Source: Dehalococcoidia bacterium
GTDB lineage: Bacteria > Chloroflexota > Dehalococcoidia > UBA2979
Reading direction: 5' to 3'
DNA: 64,000 nucleotides
Assembly: GCA_050250415.1 (NCBI GenBank)
Contig: JBFWOO010000004.1
Coordinates: 149,766-213,765 of the forward strand
The first letter of the stretch is position 1. The number at the start of each line of letters is the position of its first letter. Shown piece by piece: positions 44,758-54,002 of this stretch. A program made the translations under genes and the position numbers. The notes under the pieces were generated by a model. It saw nothing but the letters and a program-made list of their open reading frames with translations. It had not been told where the DNA came from and did no database searches.

Positions 44758-47406
44758 GTGGCGACACCCGCCCGTCAGCAATTCCTGGACCTGAAGGCCC
44801 AGCATCCGGACGCCCTCCTGCTGTTCCGGATGGGGGACTTCTACGAGACGTTCGACGAGGACGCCGAGGTCGCCGCGCGCGTCCTCGGGATCGCGCTGAC
44901 CTCCCGTCCGATGGGCAAGGACGAGGGGCGCATTCCCCTCGCCGGCATCCCCTACCACCAGCTCGACCGCTACCTCGACCAGCTCGTGGCGGCCGGGTAT
45001 CGCGTCGCGATCGGTGAGCAGGTGAGCCTGCCGCCCTCGAAGGGCGGCGAGCCGGGGCTCGTCGCGCGCCGCGTGACGCGCGTCGTCACGCCGGGCACCG
45101 TCGACCGCGGCGAGCTGCTCGCCGACCGCGGGCACAACTGGCTGCTGGCGGTCTGCGCCGCGCCGGAGCGGCGCTGGGCGATGGCCGCCTGCGACGTCAC
45201 CACGGGCGAGCTCGAGCTGCAGGTCGTGGACGCCGACGCCGTCCCGGGCGAGTGGGCGCGGATCCGGCCGCGCGAAGCGGTCCTCCCGGAGGGCGTCGAG
45301 CTGCCGCCGCTGCCACCCTCGCTCGGCGACACGATGCGCACGCTGCGCCCGGCCCGGGCGTTCCGGGCCGACCGCGGCCGCACCGCGCTCTGCGAGCGCC
45401 TCCAGGTCGCGACCCTCGAGGGATTCGGGCTGGAGGGGCTGGACGCGGCCGTCGGCGCCGCCGGGGCGCTCATCGGCTACCTCGAGGAGATGTGGCCACA
45501 GGCGCTCGCGCACCTGCGCGCGCCGCGCGCCGTGCGCGGCGGCGAGGTGGTCTACCTCGACCCGCAGACGCGGCGGAACCTCGAACTCTTCGACGGCGGA
45601 CGGGCGGGGGCCGGCTCACTGGTCGAAGCGCTCGACCGCACGCTCACCCCGATGGGGGCGCGCCTGCTGCGGCTCCGCCTCGGCCGGCCGCTACGGCGCG
45701 CCGCCGACGCCGGGGCGCGGCTCGACGAGGTCGCCGCGTTCGTCGAGGCGACGCTCCCCCGCGAGGCGCTGCGGAACGCGCTCCGGAACATGGCGGACCT
45801 CGATCGGCTGCTCGGACGGGTGCGCGCCGGGACGGCGCACGCCCGCCATCTCGTCCAGCTCCGCCGGGGCCTGGAGCGCCTGCCAGAGGCGCGCGACGCC
45901 GCGGCACGGGCGGGCGAGGCGGCCCGGCGCGCCGCGGCCGGGCTCGGCGGCGCCGAGGAGATCGCGGCGGCGATCGCCGCCTGCCTGGACGACGACGCCC
46001 CGGCGGAGATCGGCGAGACGCCCACCGTCCGCGCCGGCTTCGACGCCGAGGTCGACCGGCTGCGCGGGCTCACCACCGACGCGCGTGGCGCGCTGGCGGC
46101 CCTTGAGCGTGCCGAGCGCGAGCGCACCGGCATCGCGACCCTCAAGGTCGGGTACAACCGCGTGTTCGGCTACTACCTCGAGTGTCCGCGCGGACAGGCG
46201 GAGAAGGCGCCGCCGGAGTACGAGCCGCGTCAGACGCTCGCGAACGCCCAGCGCTACCGTTTCGGGCCGCTCGCCGAGCTCGAGGCGGAGATCCTCGGGG
46301 CGAAGGACGCGCTGGCGGAGGCCGAGCGGAGCGTCGTCGACCGCCTCTGCGCGCAGGTGGTGGCCGCCGGTACGGCGGTCGAACGCGCCGCCGAGGCGGT
46401 GGCGCGGCTCGACGTCGCGGCGGCGCTCGCGGTGGTCGCGGTGGACCACGCCTACGTCCGCCCGGAGCTGCACGAGGGCGGTCCGATCGAGATCGAGGGC
46501 GGCCGGCACCCGGTGGTCGAACGGCAGCTGCGCCGCGGGGAGTTCGTCCCCAATGACACCTTCCTCGGCGGTGCGGTCGGTGGTGGTGCGGTCGGTGGTG
46601 GTGCGGTCGGTGGCGAGGGAGGCGGTCACGCCGACCTCGTCGTGCTCACCGGGCCGAACATGGCGGGCAAGTCGACCTACCTCCGCCAGACGGCGCTGGT
46701 CGTGCTGCTGGCGCAGTGCGGCTCTTTCGTCCCCGCGAGCCGCGCGCGGGTCGCGATGGTGGACCGCATCTTCAGCCGTGTCGGCGCCCAGGACGACATC
46801 GTCGCGGGGCAGTCGACCTTCATGGTGGAGATGCTGGAGACAGCGACGATCCTGCACAACGCCACGGAACGCTCGCTCGTGATCCTCGACGAGGTCGGGC
46901 GGGGGACCTCCACCTATGACGGCCTCGCGATCGCGCGCTCGGTGGTCGAGTACCTCCACCACCGCCCCGGCGGGACGCCGCGCACGCTCTTCGCGACCCA
47001 CTACCACGAGCTGACCGAGCTCGCCTCGCGGCTGCCGCGGATCGCGAACCGATCGGTCGCCGTGCGCGAGGAGCGTGGGGAGGTGGTCTTCCTCCACCGC
47101 ATCGTCGACGGCGGCACGGACCGATCCTACGGCGTGCACGTCGCTGCGCTCGCGGGGCTGCCGCGCGCCGTCGTCTCGCGTGCCCGCGAGCTACTCGCGG
47201 AGCTCGAGGCGGGCGCCGCCGCCGCGCGCAACGCCGGGAGCGGGCGCGAGCCGGACGCGCAGATGTCGCTCCTCGCGGCCGAGGACGAGGCGGTGCTTCG
47301 GGCGCTCGCGGACCTCGACCCGGACGCGCTCTCGCCGCTGGAGGCGCTCCAGACGCTCTACGACCTCCGCGCGCAGGCGCGCCGCCGCCTGGCGATCGAG
47401 GGCTAG
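44758..47406 (+). CDS. mutS: DNA mismatch repair protein MutS
   Basis: N-terminal TPARQQFLDLKAQHPDALLLFRMGDFYETF, Walker A LTGPNMAGKSTYLRQ, and ILDEVGRGTSTYDG; 882 aa; GTG start. Confidence 0.95.
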   Translation: MATPARQQFLDLKAQHPDALLLFRMGDFYETFDEDAEVAARVLGIALTSRPMGKDEGRIPLAGIPYHQLDRYLDQLVAAGYRVAIGEQVSLPPSKGGEPGLVARRVTRVVTPGTVDRGELLADRGHNWLLAVCAAPERRWAMAACDVTTGELELQVVDADAVPGEWARIRPREAVLPEGVELPPLPPSLGDTMRTLRPARAFRADRGRTALCERLQVATLEGFGLEGLDAAVGAAGALIGYLEEMWPQALAHLRAPRAVRGGEVVYLDPQTRRNLELFDGGRAGAGSLVEALDRTLTPMGARLLRLRLGRPLRRAADAGARLDEVAAFVEATLPREALRNALRNMADLDRLLGRVRAGTAHARHLVQLRRGLERLPEARDAAARAGEAARRAAAGLGGAEEIAAAIAACLDDDAPAEIGETPTVRAGFDAEVDRLRGLTTDARGALAALERAERERTGIATLKVGYNRVFGYYLECPRGQAEKAPPEYEPRQTLANAQRYRFGPLAELEAEILGAKDALAEAERSVVDRLCAQVVAAGTAVERAAEAVARLDVAAALAVVAVDHAYVRPELHEGGPIEIEGGRHPVVERQLRRGEFVPNDTFLGGAVGGGAVGGGAVGGEGGGHADLVVLTGPNMAGKSTYLRQTALVVLLAQCGSFVPASRARVAMVDRIFSRVGAQDDIVAGQSTFMVEMLETATILHNATERSLVILDEVGRGTSTYDGLAIARSVVEYLHHRPGGTPRTLFATHYHELTELASRLPRIANRSVAVREERGEVVFLHRIVDGGTDRSYGVHVAALAGLPRAVVSRARELLAELEAGAAAARNAGSGREPDAQMSLLAAEDEAVLRALADLDPDALSPLEALQTLYDLRAQARRRLAIEG
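46567..46611 (+). repeat. in-frame 15-bp x 3 tandem repeat inside mutS
   Basis: ggcggtgcggtcggt / ggtggtgcggtcggt / ggtggtgcggtcggt encodes GGAVG-GGAVG-GGAVG, followed by GEGGG, immediately N-terminal to the Walker A motif. Confidence 0.9.
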
Positions 47407-47482
47407 CGTGGGCGCCGACGGGGACGCCTCGGGGCGGCGTGGCGGTCGAGGGGAAGGACGAGGGCAAGGACGAGGGTGTGCG

Positions 47483-48937
47483 CTAGCCGGGCGCCGGGCC
47501 CGGCGGGTCGCCGCCCCCGGACCGCGAGGTCCCCGGAGCGCCCGCCCCGTACACCTCGCGCGTGACGGCCGCCTCGAGGTCGAGGAGGTGGCCGAGCTGG
47601 GATGGCAGCCGTTCCGCGCGGGCGAGCCGCAGCTGGTTCACGAGGTAGTCCGGGCTGAGCTCCGGGTGCGCGGCCAGCAGCACCGCCACCGCCCCGGCGA
47701 CGACCGGCGTGGCGAAGGACGACCCGGTGCCGCGCGCGTAGCCGGGGGCGACGCACTCCCACTCGTTCGTGCCGCACGCCCGCTCGGGGAGCGTGCTCAG
47801 CAGGCCCACCCCCGGTGCGAGGTAGTCCACGCCGATGCCGAATGTCGCGAACGGGGCCGCGCGGCGGTACTCGAGGCCGTCCCCCGGGCTCACCTCGACG
47901 CCGCTCGCGGCGACCGAGAGGACGCCCCGATAGGCGGCGGGGAAGGTGATGCCGCGGCTGCCGTCGTTCCCGGCCGAGGCGACGATCACCGCGCCCCGCG
48001 CCTGCGCGTACTCGATAGCCTCGCGAAGGGCGGGGGAGTCGTTCGGGGTGCCGAAGGAGATGTTGATCACGTCCGCGCCCATGTCGGCGGCGTAGCGGAT
48101 CCCGGCGACGGCGTCCGAGATGCGTCCCGTCGCGGTGCAGTCCAGCACCTTCACCGGGAGCAGGCCGGCGAGCGGCGCCACCCCGGTGACGCCGATCGCG
48201 TTGTCGCCCGTCGCGGCGGCGACGCCGGCGACGAACGTCCCGTGCCCCTCGTCATCCAGGGTCCGCCAGTTCGGCGGCGCGGCGGTGTAGCCGCAGGACG
48301 GGTCGGCCGTGGCGAGGCTCACGAAGTTGCACCCGATGATGTCGTCGACGCACCCCGTGTGGTCGTTGTCGCGGCCGTCGAAGAACTCGTCGTTGAAGTT
48401 GACCGCGAGGCGCGGGATCAGGTCCGGATGGTTGTAGTCGACGCCGGTGTCCACGATCGCGATGAGGACGCCCTCGCCGCGGCTGTGCGCCCACGCCGCG
48501 GGCGCTCCGACCGCCGCGAGGTACGCCGCCTGCTCCGCGTAGAGTGCGTCGTCGGGCGGGGCGGTGCTGGACACGGGCAGCTGCGTCGCGCGGACGACCG
48601 CATCGTCCTCGACGCTGCGCGCGAGGCCGGTCGCAGCGAGCCGCGCGGCCAGCACGTCCGGGTCGGCGCCGCCAACCCGGACGCGGGCGCCGTCGAGGGC
48701 CCCGCCGGCGTCGATGGCGAACCCGAGGCGCGCCAGGGCGTCGCGGAGGCCGTCGGCGGAGAGCCCGGGGGCCGGCTGCACGTAGAGGAAGTCGCTGCCC
48801 GGCGAGGCGGCGCCGCGGGCGACCTCGGGCGCTCCGGCCGTTGCGCCGGCGGCGCCGATGAGCCAGGGGACGGCGGCGAGCGCGAGCAGCAGCAGGGCGC
48901 GTCGCGCCGGCCCTCGAGGTGCGTTCAGACGTCCCAC
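47483..48937 (-). CDS. secreted S8 family (subtilisin-like) serine peptidase
   Basis: Catalytic triad motifs IAIVDTGVD, GHGTFVAG and GTSFATPVVAG. The start was set at GTG 48937 (VGRLNAPRGPARRALLLLALAAVPWLIGA signal peptide); the track ATG 49051 is also possible. Confidence 0.88.
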   Translation of the reverse strand: MGRLNAPRGPARRALLLLALAAVPWLIGAAGATAGAPEVARGAASPGSDFLYVQPAPGLSADGLRDALARLGFAIDAGGALDGARVRVGGADPDVLAARLAATGLARSVEDDAVVRATQLPVSSTAPPDDALYAEQAAYLAAVGAPAAWAHSRGEGVLIAIVDTGVDYNHPDLIPRLAVNFNDEFFDGRDNDHTGCVDDIIGCNFVSLATADPSCGYTAAPPNWRTLDDEGHGTFVAGVAAATGDNAIGVTGVAPLAGLLPVKVLDCTATGRISDAVAGIRYAADMGADVINISFGTPNDSPALREAIEYAQARGAVIVASAGNDGSRGITFPAAYRGVLSVAASGVEVSPGDGLEYRRAAPFATFGIGVDYLAPGVGLLSTLPERACGTNEWECVAPGYARGTGSSFATPVVAGAVAVLLAAHPELSPDYLVNQLRLARAERLPSQLGHLLDLEAAVTREVYGAGAPGTSRSGGGDPPGPAPG

Positions 48938-49035
48938 CCTTGCGCGGTCTGGCCCCCTGCCGCCCACGCAGGGAGCGTACCCAGCGCTGGATCGACCGAC
49001 AAGCGCGCGCCGCGCGCTCGCGACGGGGCGGACGC

Positions 49036-50904
49036 ATGACCGGCCGCCCACGCATCCAACTGCTGCCTCCGGAGGTCGCCGCGCGCATCGCCGCCGGCGA
49101 GGTGATCGAGCGCCCGGCGAGCGTCGTGAAGGAGCTGATCGAGAACGCCCTCGACGCCGGCGCCGGCCGGATCGAGGTCGAGGTGGACGCGGGTGGCATC
49201 GACCGCATCCGCGTGCGCGACGACGGCTGCGGGATCCCGCCGGACCAGGTGGTGGACGCCTTCGAGCGGCACGCCACCTCCAAGCTCCGCTCCGAGCACG
49301 ACCTGTACGCGGTGCGCACGCTCGGGTTCCGCGGCGAGGCGCTCGCCGCGATCGCCGCCGCCGCGGACGTCGACCTCACGACGCGGCCAGCGGCGGACGA
49401 CGCGGCCTCGGCGGTGCGCGTGCGGGACGGGCGCGTGCAGCACCACGGGGCGGCGGGGAGCGCGGCCGGCACCTCGATCGAGGCGCGAGACCTCTTCGCG
49501 GCGCTCCCGGCGCGGCGGCGGTTCCTGCGCGCCCCGCGCGCCGAGGCGCGCGCCGTGGCGCAGGTCGTGACGGACTACGCCCTCGCCTACCCGGAGGTGG
49601 CCTTCCGGCTCACCTCGGACGGGCGGACGGCGCTGCAGTCCCCCGGCAGCGGCGACCCGCGGGACGCCGTCGCCGCGGTGCACGGGGCCGAGGTCGCCGG
49701 CGCGCTCCGGCCGGGTCACGCGGACCGCGCCGAGGAGGACGGCGTCGCGGCGGAGGTCTCCGTGCTCGCCGGGCCGCCCTCGATGCACCGGGCGAACCGT
49801 GGCTACCTCCACCTCGTCGCCAACGGCCGCGCGATCCAGTCGCGGGCGCTCGCCCACGCCGTCGAGCAGGCGTACGCGGGGCTGATGCCGGCCGGACGCC
49901 ACCCCGTGGCGCTGGTGCGCATCACCGTGCCGCCGGACCAGGTCGACGTGAACGTCCATCCGACGAAGGCAGAGGTGCGCTTCCGGCACGAGCGGCTCGT
50001 CTACGCGGTGGTCCATGCCGCGGTACGGGACGCCATCGGCGCCGCCCCCGCGGCCGGCTACCGGCTCCCTGACGCGACCGGGGCGGGCGTCGACGCGCCG
50101 CCCGGCGAGGAGGCCCGCGGGGCGCTCCCGTTCGCGTGGGATCCCACGGCCGACATCGCGGCGCGCCTCGACGCTCCCGTGCCCCCGACCGGCCGCGAGG
50201 TCGTGGCGGGGGCGCAGGCGCACGGCTTCGTGCGCCCTCCCGGGGCCGGCGCTGGCGAGTCCGCCGCCTCGACGGACGCGGCTCCCGGCTCGCCGGGGAC
50301 GTCCATGCGCGAGCGGCTGCCGGCGCTGCGGCCGATGGGACAGGTCGACCTCACCTACATCGTCGCGGAGGGCGTGGACGGGATGTACCTCGTCGACCAG
50401 CACGCCGCCCACGAGCGGGTGCTGTACGAGCAGACGCTGGCACGCCGCCGGAGCGGGGAAGCGGCCTCCCAGCCGCTCCTGGAGGCCGTCGTGGCGTCGC
50501 TGACGCCCGCCCAGGCCGCCCTCGCGGCGGCGGAGCGCGGAGGGCTCGAGGCGATCGGGTGGGTGCTGGACGAGACTGACGGGGCGGCGCTGATCGTGCG
50601 GGCGGTTCCCGCCGGACTGCGCGGACCGGACCGTGCCGATCCGGCGCGCGGGCTGCGGGAGTACCTCGACCGACTGGAGGCGGAGGAGCGGCTCACCGGC
50701 CCGGACCGCGTCGCCGCGACGCTGGCCTGCCGCGCGGCGGTGATGGCCGGCGACCGGCTGGACGCGGAGCAGCAGCGCGCGCTGCTCCTTGCGCTCGAGG
50801 GGTGCGAAACGCCGCAGTCCTGCCCGCACGGGCGCCCGACGATGCTCCACCTGAGCCGGGCCGCGCTCGACCGTTCGTTCGGCCGGCCCGAGCGCTCCCG
50901 CTAG
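49036..50904 (+). CDS. mutL: DNA mismatch repair endonuclease MutL
   Basis: The start was set at MTGRPRIQLLPPEVAARIAAGEVIERPASVVKELIENALDAGA. GHKL ATPase fold, endonuclease motif DQHAAHERVLYE, and C-terminal CPHGRP. Confidence 0.93.
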   Translation: MTGRPRIQLLPPEVAARIAAGEVIERPASVVKELIENALDAGAGRIEVEVDAGGIDRIRVRDDGCGIPPDQVVDAFERHATSKLRSEHDLYAVRTLGFRGEALAAIAAAADVDLTTRPAADDAASAVRVRDGRVQHHGAAGSAAGTSIEARDLFAALPARRRFLRAPRAEARAVAQVVTDYALAYPEVAFRLTSDGRTALQSPGSGDPRDAVAAVHGAEVAGALRPGHADRAEEDGVAAEVSVLAGPPSMHRANRGYLHLVANGRAIQSRALAHAVEQAYAGLMPAGRHPVALVRITVPPDQVDVNVHPTKAEVRFRHERLVYAVVHAAVRDAIGAAPAAGYRLPDATGAGVDAPPGEEARGALPFAWDPTADIAARLDAPVPPTGREVVAGAQAHGFVRPPGAGAGESAASTDAAPGSPGTSMRERLPALRPMGQVDLTYIVAEGVDGMYLVDQHAAHERVLYEQTLARRRSGEAASQPLLEAVVASLTPAQAALAAAERGGLEAIGWVLDETDGAALIVRAVPAGLRGPDRADPARGLREYLDRLEAEERLTGPDRVAATLACRAAVMAGDRLDAEQQRALLLALEGCETPQSCPHGRPTMLHLSRAALDRSFGRPERSR

Positions 50905-50983
50905 GGAGAGCGCTCGTGGGGGGCGGCTCGAAGCCGCCGCAGCCCGAGCTCCGAGGGCCGATGCGCGAGCAGGCCGCCACTCG

Positions 50984-52486
50984 CTAGAAGATCGCCGGCA
51001 GCCCCGCACGTCGCTCGCGCCACTCCACGATCGCCGCGATCGCACGCGCGGCGCGGTGGATCGTCGGGTAGGCCGCGAGGCCGCAGCGGTACGCCTCGTG
51101 CTGGAAGAACTCGAGCACCGGGTGCGGGGTGCCGCGGGTGAGCATCACGATCGGGATGCCGGTCTCGCGCTGGAGGGCGGAGAGCCGCTCCACCTGCTCC
51201 GTGGCGCGGCGCTTGAGGTCCTCGACGTCCACGTCGGGGCGGTCGGCGTTCCGGCCCCACGAGGCGTTCGTCACGATCACGTCGATATTCTCGGCGCGGG
51301 CCATGATCCGCAGCGTGCGGTCGGTGGTCTCCGCGTCGCCCATGTTCGTGTCGATCGGGTTGTTGATGCTCGTGCCTGCGACCGGGATGAACTCGGAGAG
51401 CTCCCGACGGGTCGCCTCGGGCGTCGGGGGGACGTCGAGGCCGGCGGTGGCGAGGGCGTCCGAGGCGAGCACGGCGGTGCCGCCGCCACCGCCCACGAGG
51501 CAGACGCCGCGCCCGCGCACGTCGCGCAGGCCGGTGGTGACGGCGATCGAGACGTCGTGGAGGTCGTCCATGGTCTCGGCGCGCCATGCGCCCACCTGCC
51601 GGCAGACGGCATCGAAGATCTGCGTGGAGCCGGCGAGCGAGCCGGTGTGCGAGTGCGCGGCCCGTGCCCCGGCGCCGGTCAGGCCGCCCTTCAGCAGGAT
51701 CACCGGCTTCACGCGGGCCAGCGCCTGGAGTGCGGTGCGGAACCTGCGGCCGTCCTGGACGCCCTCGATGTAGGAGGTCACCAGCGCCGTCTCGCTGTCC
51801 GAGATCGCGTAGTCGAAGAAGTGGTGCGCGCGGAGGTCGGAGCCGTTGCCGAACGAGATCACCTTCGAGAAGCGCACGCCGCGCGCGCCGAGGCCGCGGA
51901 CCACGTCGCCGGCGTTCGCGCCGGACTGGGAGACGAACATCACGTTCCCGGACTCACGCGGGAACTGGTTCATGAACGCCAGTCCCTCGGAGGGGACGTA
52001 GAGGCCCATGCAGTTCGGGCCGAGCACGCGGATGCCAGCCGCGTTCAGCTTCTCGACCATCGTGCGCTCGAGGTTCGCCATCTCCTCATCGCCGGTCTCG
52101 GAGAAGCCGGCGGTGAAGAAGTGGATCGAGCGGACGCCCTTCTGGATCGCCTGCTCGACCAGCGTCGGTACGGCGCGCGCCGGGATGAGCGAGATCACGT
52201 GGTCGACGGGGTCCGGCGTCTCGAGGAGGCTCGGGTATGCCTTGAAGCCCCGGATCTCGTCCGCCTTCGGGTTGATCGGGTAGAGCCGGTTGTCGTGGCG
52301 CTCGTGGAAGTCCTGCTCCAGCAGCGAGGTGAAGAAGCCGAGCGACGCCCCCTGCGACTCGCCCGAGGGCACCCCGACGAGGGCGACGGCGCGCGGGTGG
52401 AAGATCGCGTCCAGCGGGTGGCGCGACTCGTCCGGCGATCCCTCGTGGTCGCGTGTCGGCGTGGCATCCTGTGTCATCGGTCGCAT
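50984..52486 (-). CDS. CoA-binding domain protein, acyl-CoA synthetase (NDP-forming) alpha-like
   Basis: AVALVGVP...LYPINPKADEIRGFKAYPSL...RSIHFFTAGFSE...VLGPNCMGLY and the HSHTGSLAG phosphohistidine-loop-like motif. No ATP-grasp part lies in the same ORF. Confidence 0.75.
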   Translation of the reverse strand: MRPMTQDATPTRDHEGSPDESRHPLDAIFHPRAVALVGVPSGESQGASLGFFTSLLEQDFHERHDNRLYPINPKADEIRGFKAYPSLLETPDPVDHVISLIPARAVPTLVEQAIQKGVRSIHFFTAGFSETGDEEMANLERTMVEKLNAAGIRVLGPNCMGLYVPSEGLAFMNQFPRESGNVMFVSQSGANAGDVVRGLGARGVRFSKVISFGNGSDLRAHHFFDYAISDSETALVTSYIEGVQDGRRFRTALQALARVKPVILLKGGLTGAGARAAHSHTGSLAGSTQIFDAVCRQVGAWRAETMDDLHDVSIAVTTGLRDVRGRGVCLVGGGGGTAVLASDALATAGLDVPPTPEATRRELSEFIPVAGTSINNPIDTNMGDAETTDRTLRIMARAENIDVIVTNASWGRNADRPDVDVEDLKRRATEQVERLSALQRETGIPIVMLTRGTPHPVLEFFQHEAYRCGLAAYPTIHRAARAIAAIVEWRERRAGLPAIF

Positions 52487-52612
52487 CGCTCCTCGTGCGC
52501 TGCGCCCCGTCGTCTTCGGAGAGGGGGCCGGCGGCCGCGTGGGGCCGCCGGGATCACCGGACGGTGGCGCGCGCGTCCGCGCTGATGGGGAGTTGGGCCG
52601 GCATCGTACCCG

Positions 52613-53848
52613 CTAGCCCTCCTCGGGCCTACCGGCTCCACCAGTCGACATAATGCCGTCGCGCAGCGCCTGCTCGACGAGGCTCGCGGTGAGGTCCACG
52701 TCCGCCTCGTTGTTGTAGACGTTCAGCGAGAGCCGGACGGCGCCGGCCTCCTTCACCGAGCGGCAGACGACCTTCCCGGTCTGCCAGAGCCACGGCGCGA
52801 GCTCGGTCGCGTCGATGCCGGCAGCGCTGAAGAGGAAGAGCCCCGTGCGGACATCCGGGTGCCGCGAGGAGCGGATCTCGACGCCGGGGATGCGCTCGAA
52901 GCGGTCCTCGGCGTAGCGGGTGAGCTCGCGCGCGCGGTCCCAGACCGCCGCGGGTCCGTGGCCCAGGTACTGCTCGATCGCCGCCACCATCCCGGCGGCG
53001 GCCGGCGTCGACATCGTGGAGACCTCGTACTTGGAGACGTCGTCCGTCTTCGGGACGAAGCCGCCCTCGAAGTCCCACTCTGCCGCCAGGCGGCCGCTGA
53101 CCTTCACGGGGGCGATGTCCGCGATGCGGTCCTTCCGCACGTAGAGCAGGCCGAGGCCGTCCGGCCCGCACAGCCACTTGTGAGACGGCACCGCGTAGGC
53201 GTCGACCCCGAGCGCGTGGAGGTCGAGCGGGATGTGCCCCGCCGTCTGTGCGCCGTCGATGATCACCGTCGCACCGCGGTCGTGGGCCATCTCGATCACC
53301 TGCCGCATCGGCAAGAGCTGACCGGTGGAGTACGAGACCTCGGAGACGATCAGCATCGCCGCGCGGTCGCCCAGGGCCTGGTCGAACTTCTCGATCATCG
53401 CGCCCGGGCCGTCGTCGTGGCGAAGCGGGACGATCGCGAGGTCGGCGCCACGTCGCTCGCGCGCCCAGTACGCGGGGATCATCCCACCGCCGTGCTCGAT
53501 CGAGGTCGTGACGACACGGTCGCCGGGCTGCAGGTCGACGCCGTTCACGGCGATGTTGACGCCCTCGGTCGTGTTGCCCGTGATCGCGATTTCGTCGGGT
53601 GAGGCGCCGAGCATCTGCGCGCCGACCTCGCGGAGCCGGGCCATGATCGCCTGCTTGTCGTCCATCACGTGCCGCGTCGTCGGCCCGTCCTCCAGCTCCA
53701 GGCGGGAGCGACGATCCATCGCCTCCGCGACGCCCCGCGAGAGCGGGCCGGAGAAGCCGCAGTTGAGGTAGGTGAGGCGCTGCATCACCGGCGTCTCGGC
53801 GCGGATCCAGGCCCAGCGGGCGGCGTGGTCGTCGGTCGTGGCGGGCAT
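52613..53848 (-). CDS. aminotransferase class V-fold PLP-dependent enzyme
   Basis: 411-aa ORF with YLNCGFSGP..., ...IDGAQTAGHIPLDL..., and the PLP lysine context VPSHKWLCGP. Confidence 0.8.
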   Translation of the reverse strand: MPATTDDHAARWAWIRAETPVMQRLTYLNCGFSGPLSRGVAEAMDRRSRLELEDGPTTRHVMDDKQAIMARLREVGAQMLGASPDEIAITGNTTEGVNIAVNGVDLQPGDRVVTTSIEHGGGMIPAYWARERRGADLAIVPLRHDDGPGAMIEKFDQALGDRAAMLIVSEVSYSTGQLLPMRQVIEMAHDRGATVIIDGAQTAGHIPLDLHALGVDAYAVPSHKWLCGPDGLGLLYVRKDRIADIAPVKVSGRLAAEWDFEGGFVPKTDDVSKYEVSTMSTPAAAGMVAAIEQYLGHGPAAVWDRARELTRYAEDRFERIPGVEIRSSRHPDVRTGLFLFSAAGIDATELAPWLWQTGKVVCRSVKEAGAVRLSLNVYNNEADVDLTASLVEQALRDGIMSTGGAGRPEEG

Positions 53849-54002
53849 GGGGCCTCCTCGTGTGCTGAGCGCGTCCGGCGCGTGCGCCGGGATGGTACTC
53901 CTCGCCGCGGCGGCTGCTGCGGGCGGTGACAGGCGCAGTATGCTCGCGCTCCGCGACGCGGAGGTTTCGGGGAGCCCGCCGGGCTCGGGTCGGAGGCGCT
54001 CG

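Noticed and set aside
46567-46620. Possible CRISPR-like or intergenic VNTR array
   Set aside because: The repeats are contiguous 15-bp units without spacers. They lie in frame within mutS, so they are reported as an intragenic tandem repeat instead.
48925-51045. 706-aa minus-strand ORF antisense to mutL, and the 404-aa + strand ORF 48858-50072
   Set aside because: Both are alternative frames of the mutL region with Arg/Gly/Pro-rich composition. MutL motifs (GHKL, DQHA-x2-E-x4-E, CPHGRP) define the true frame.
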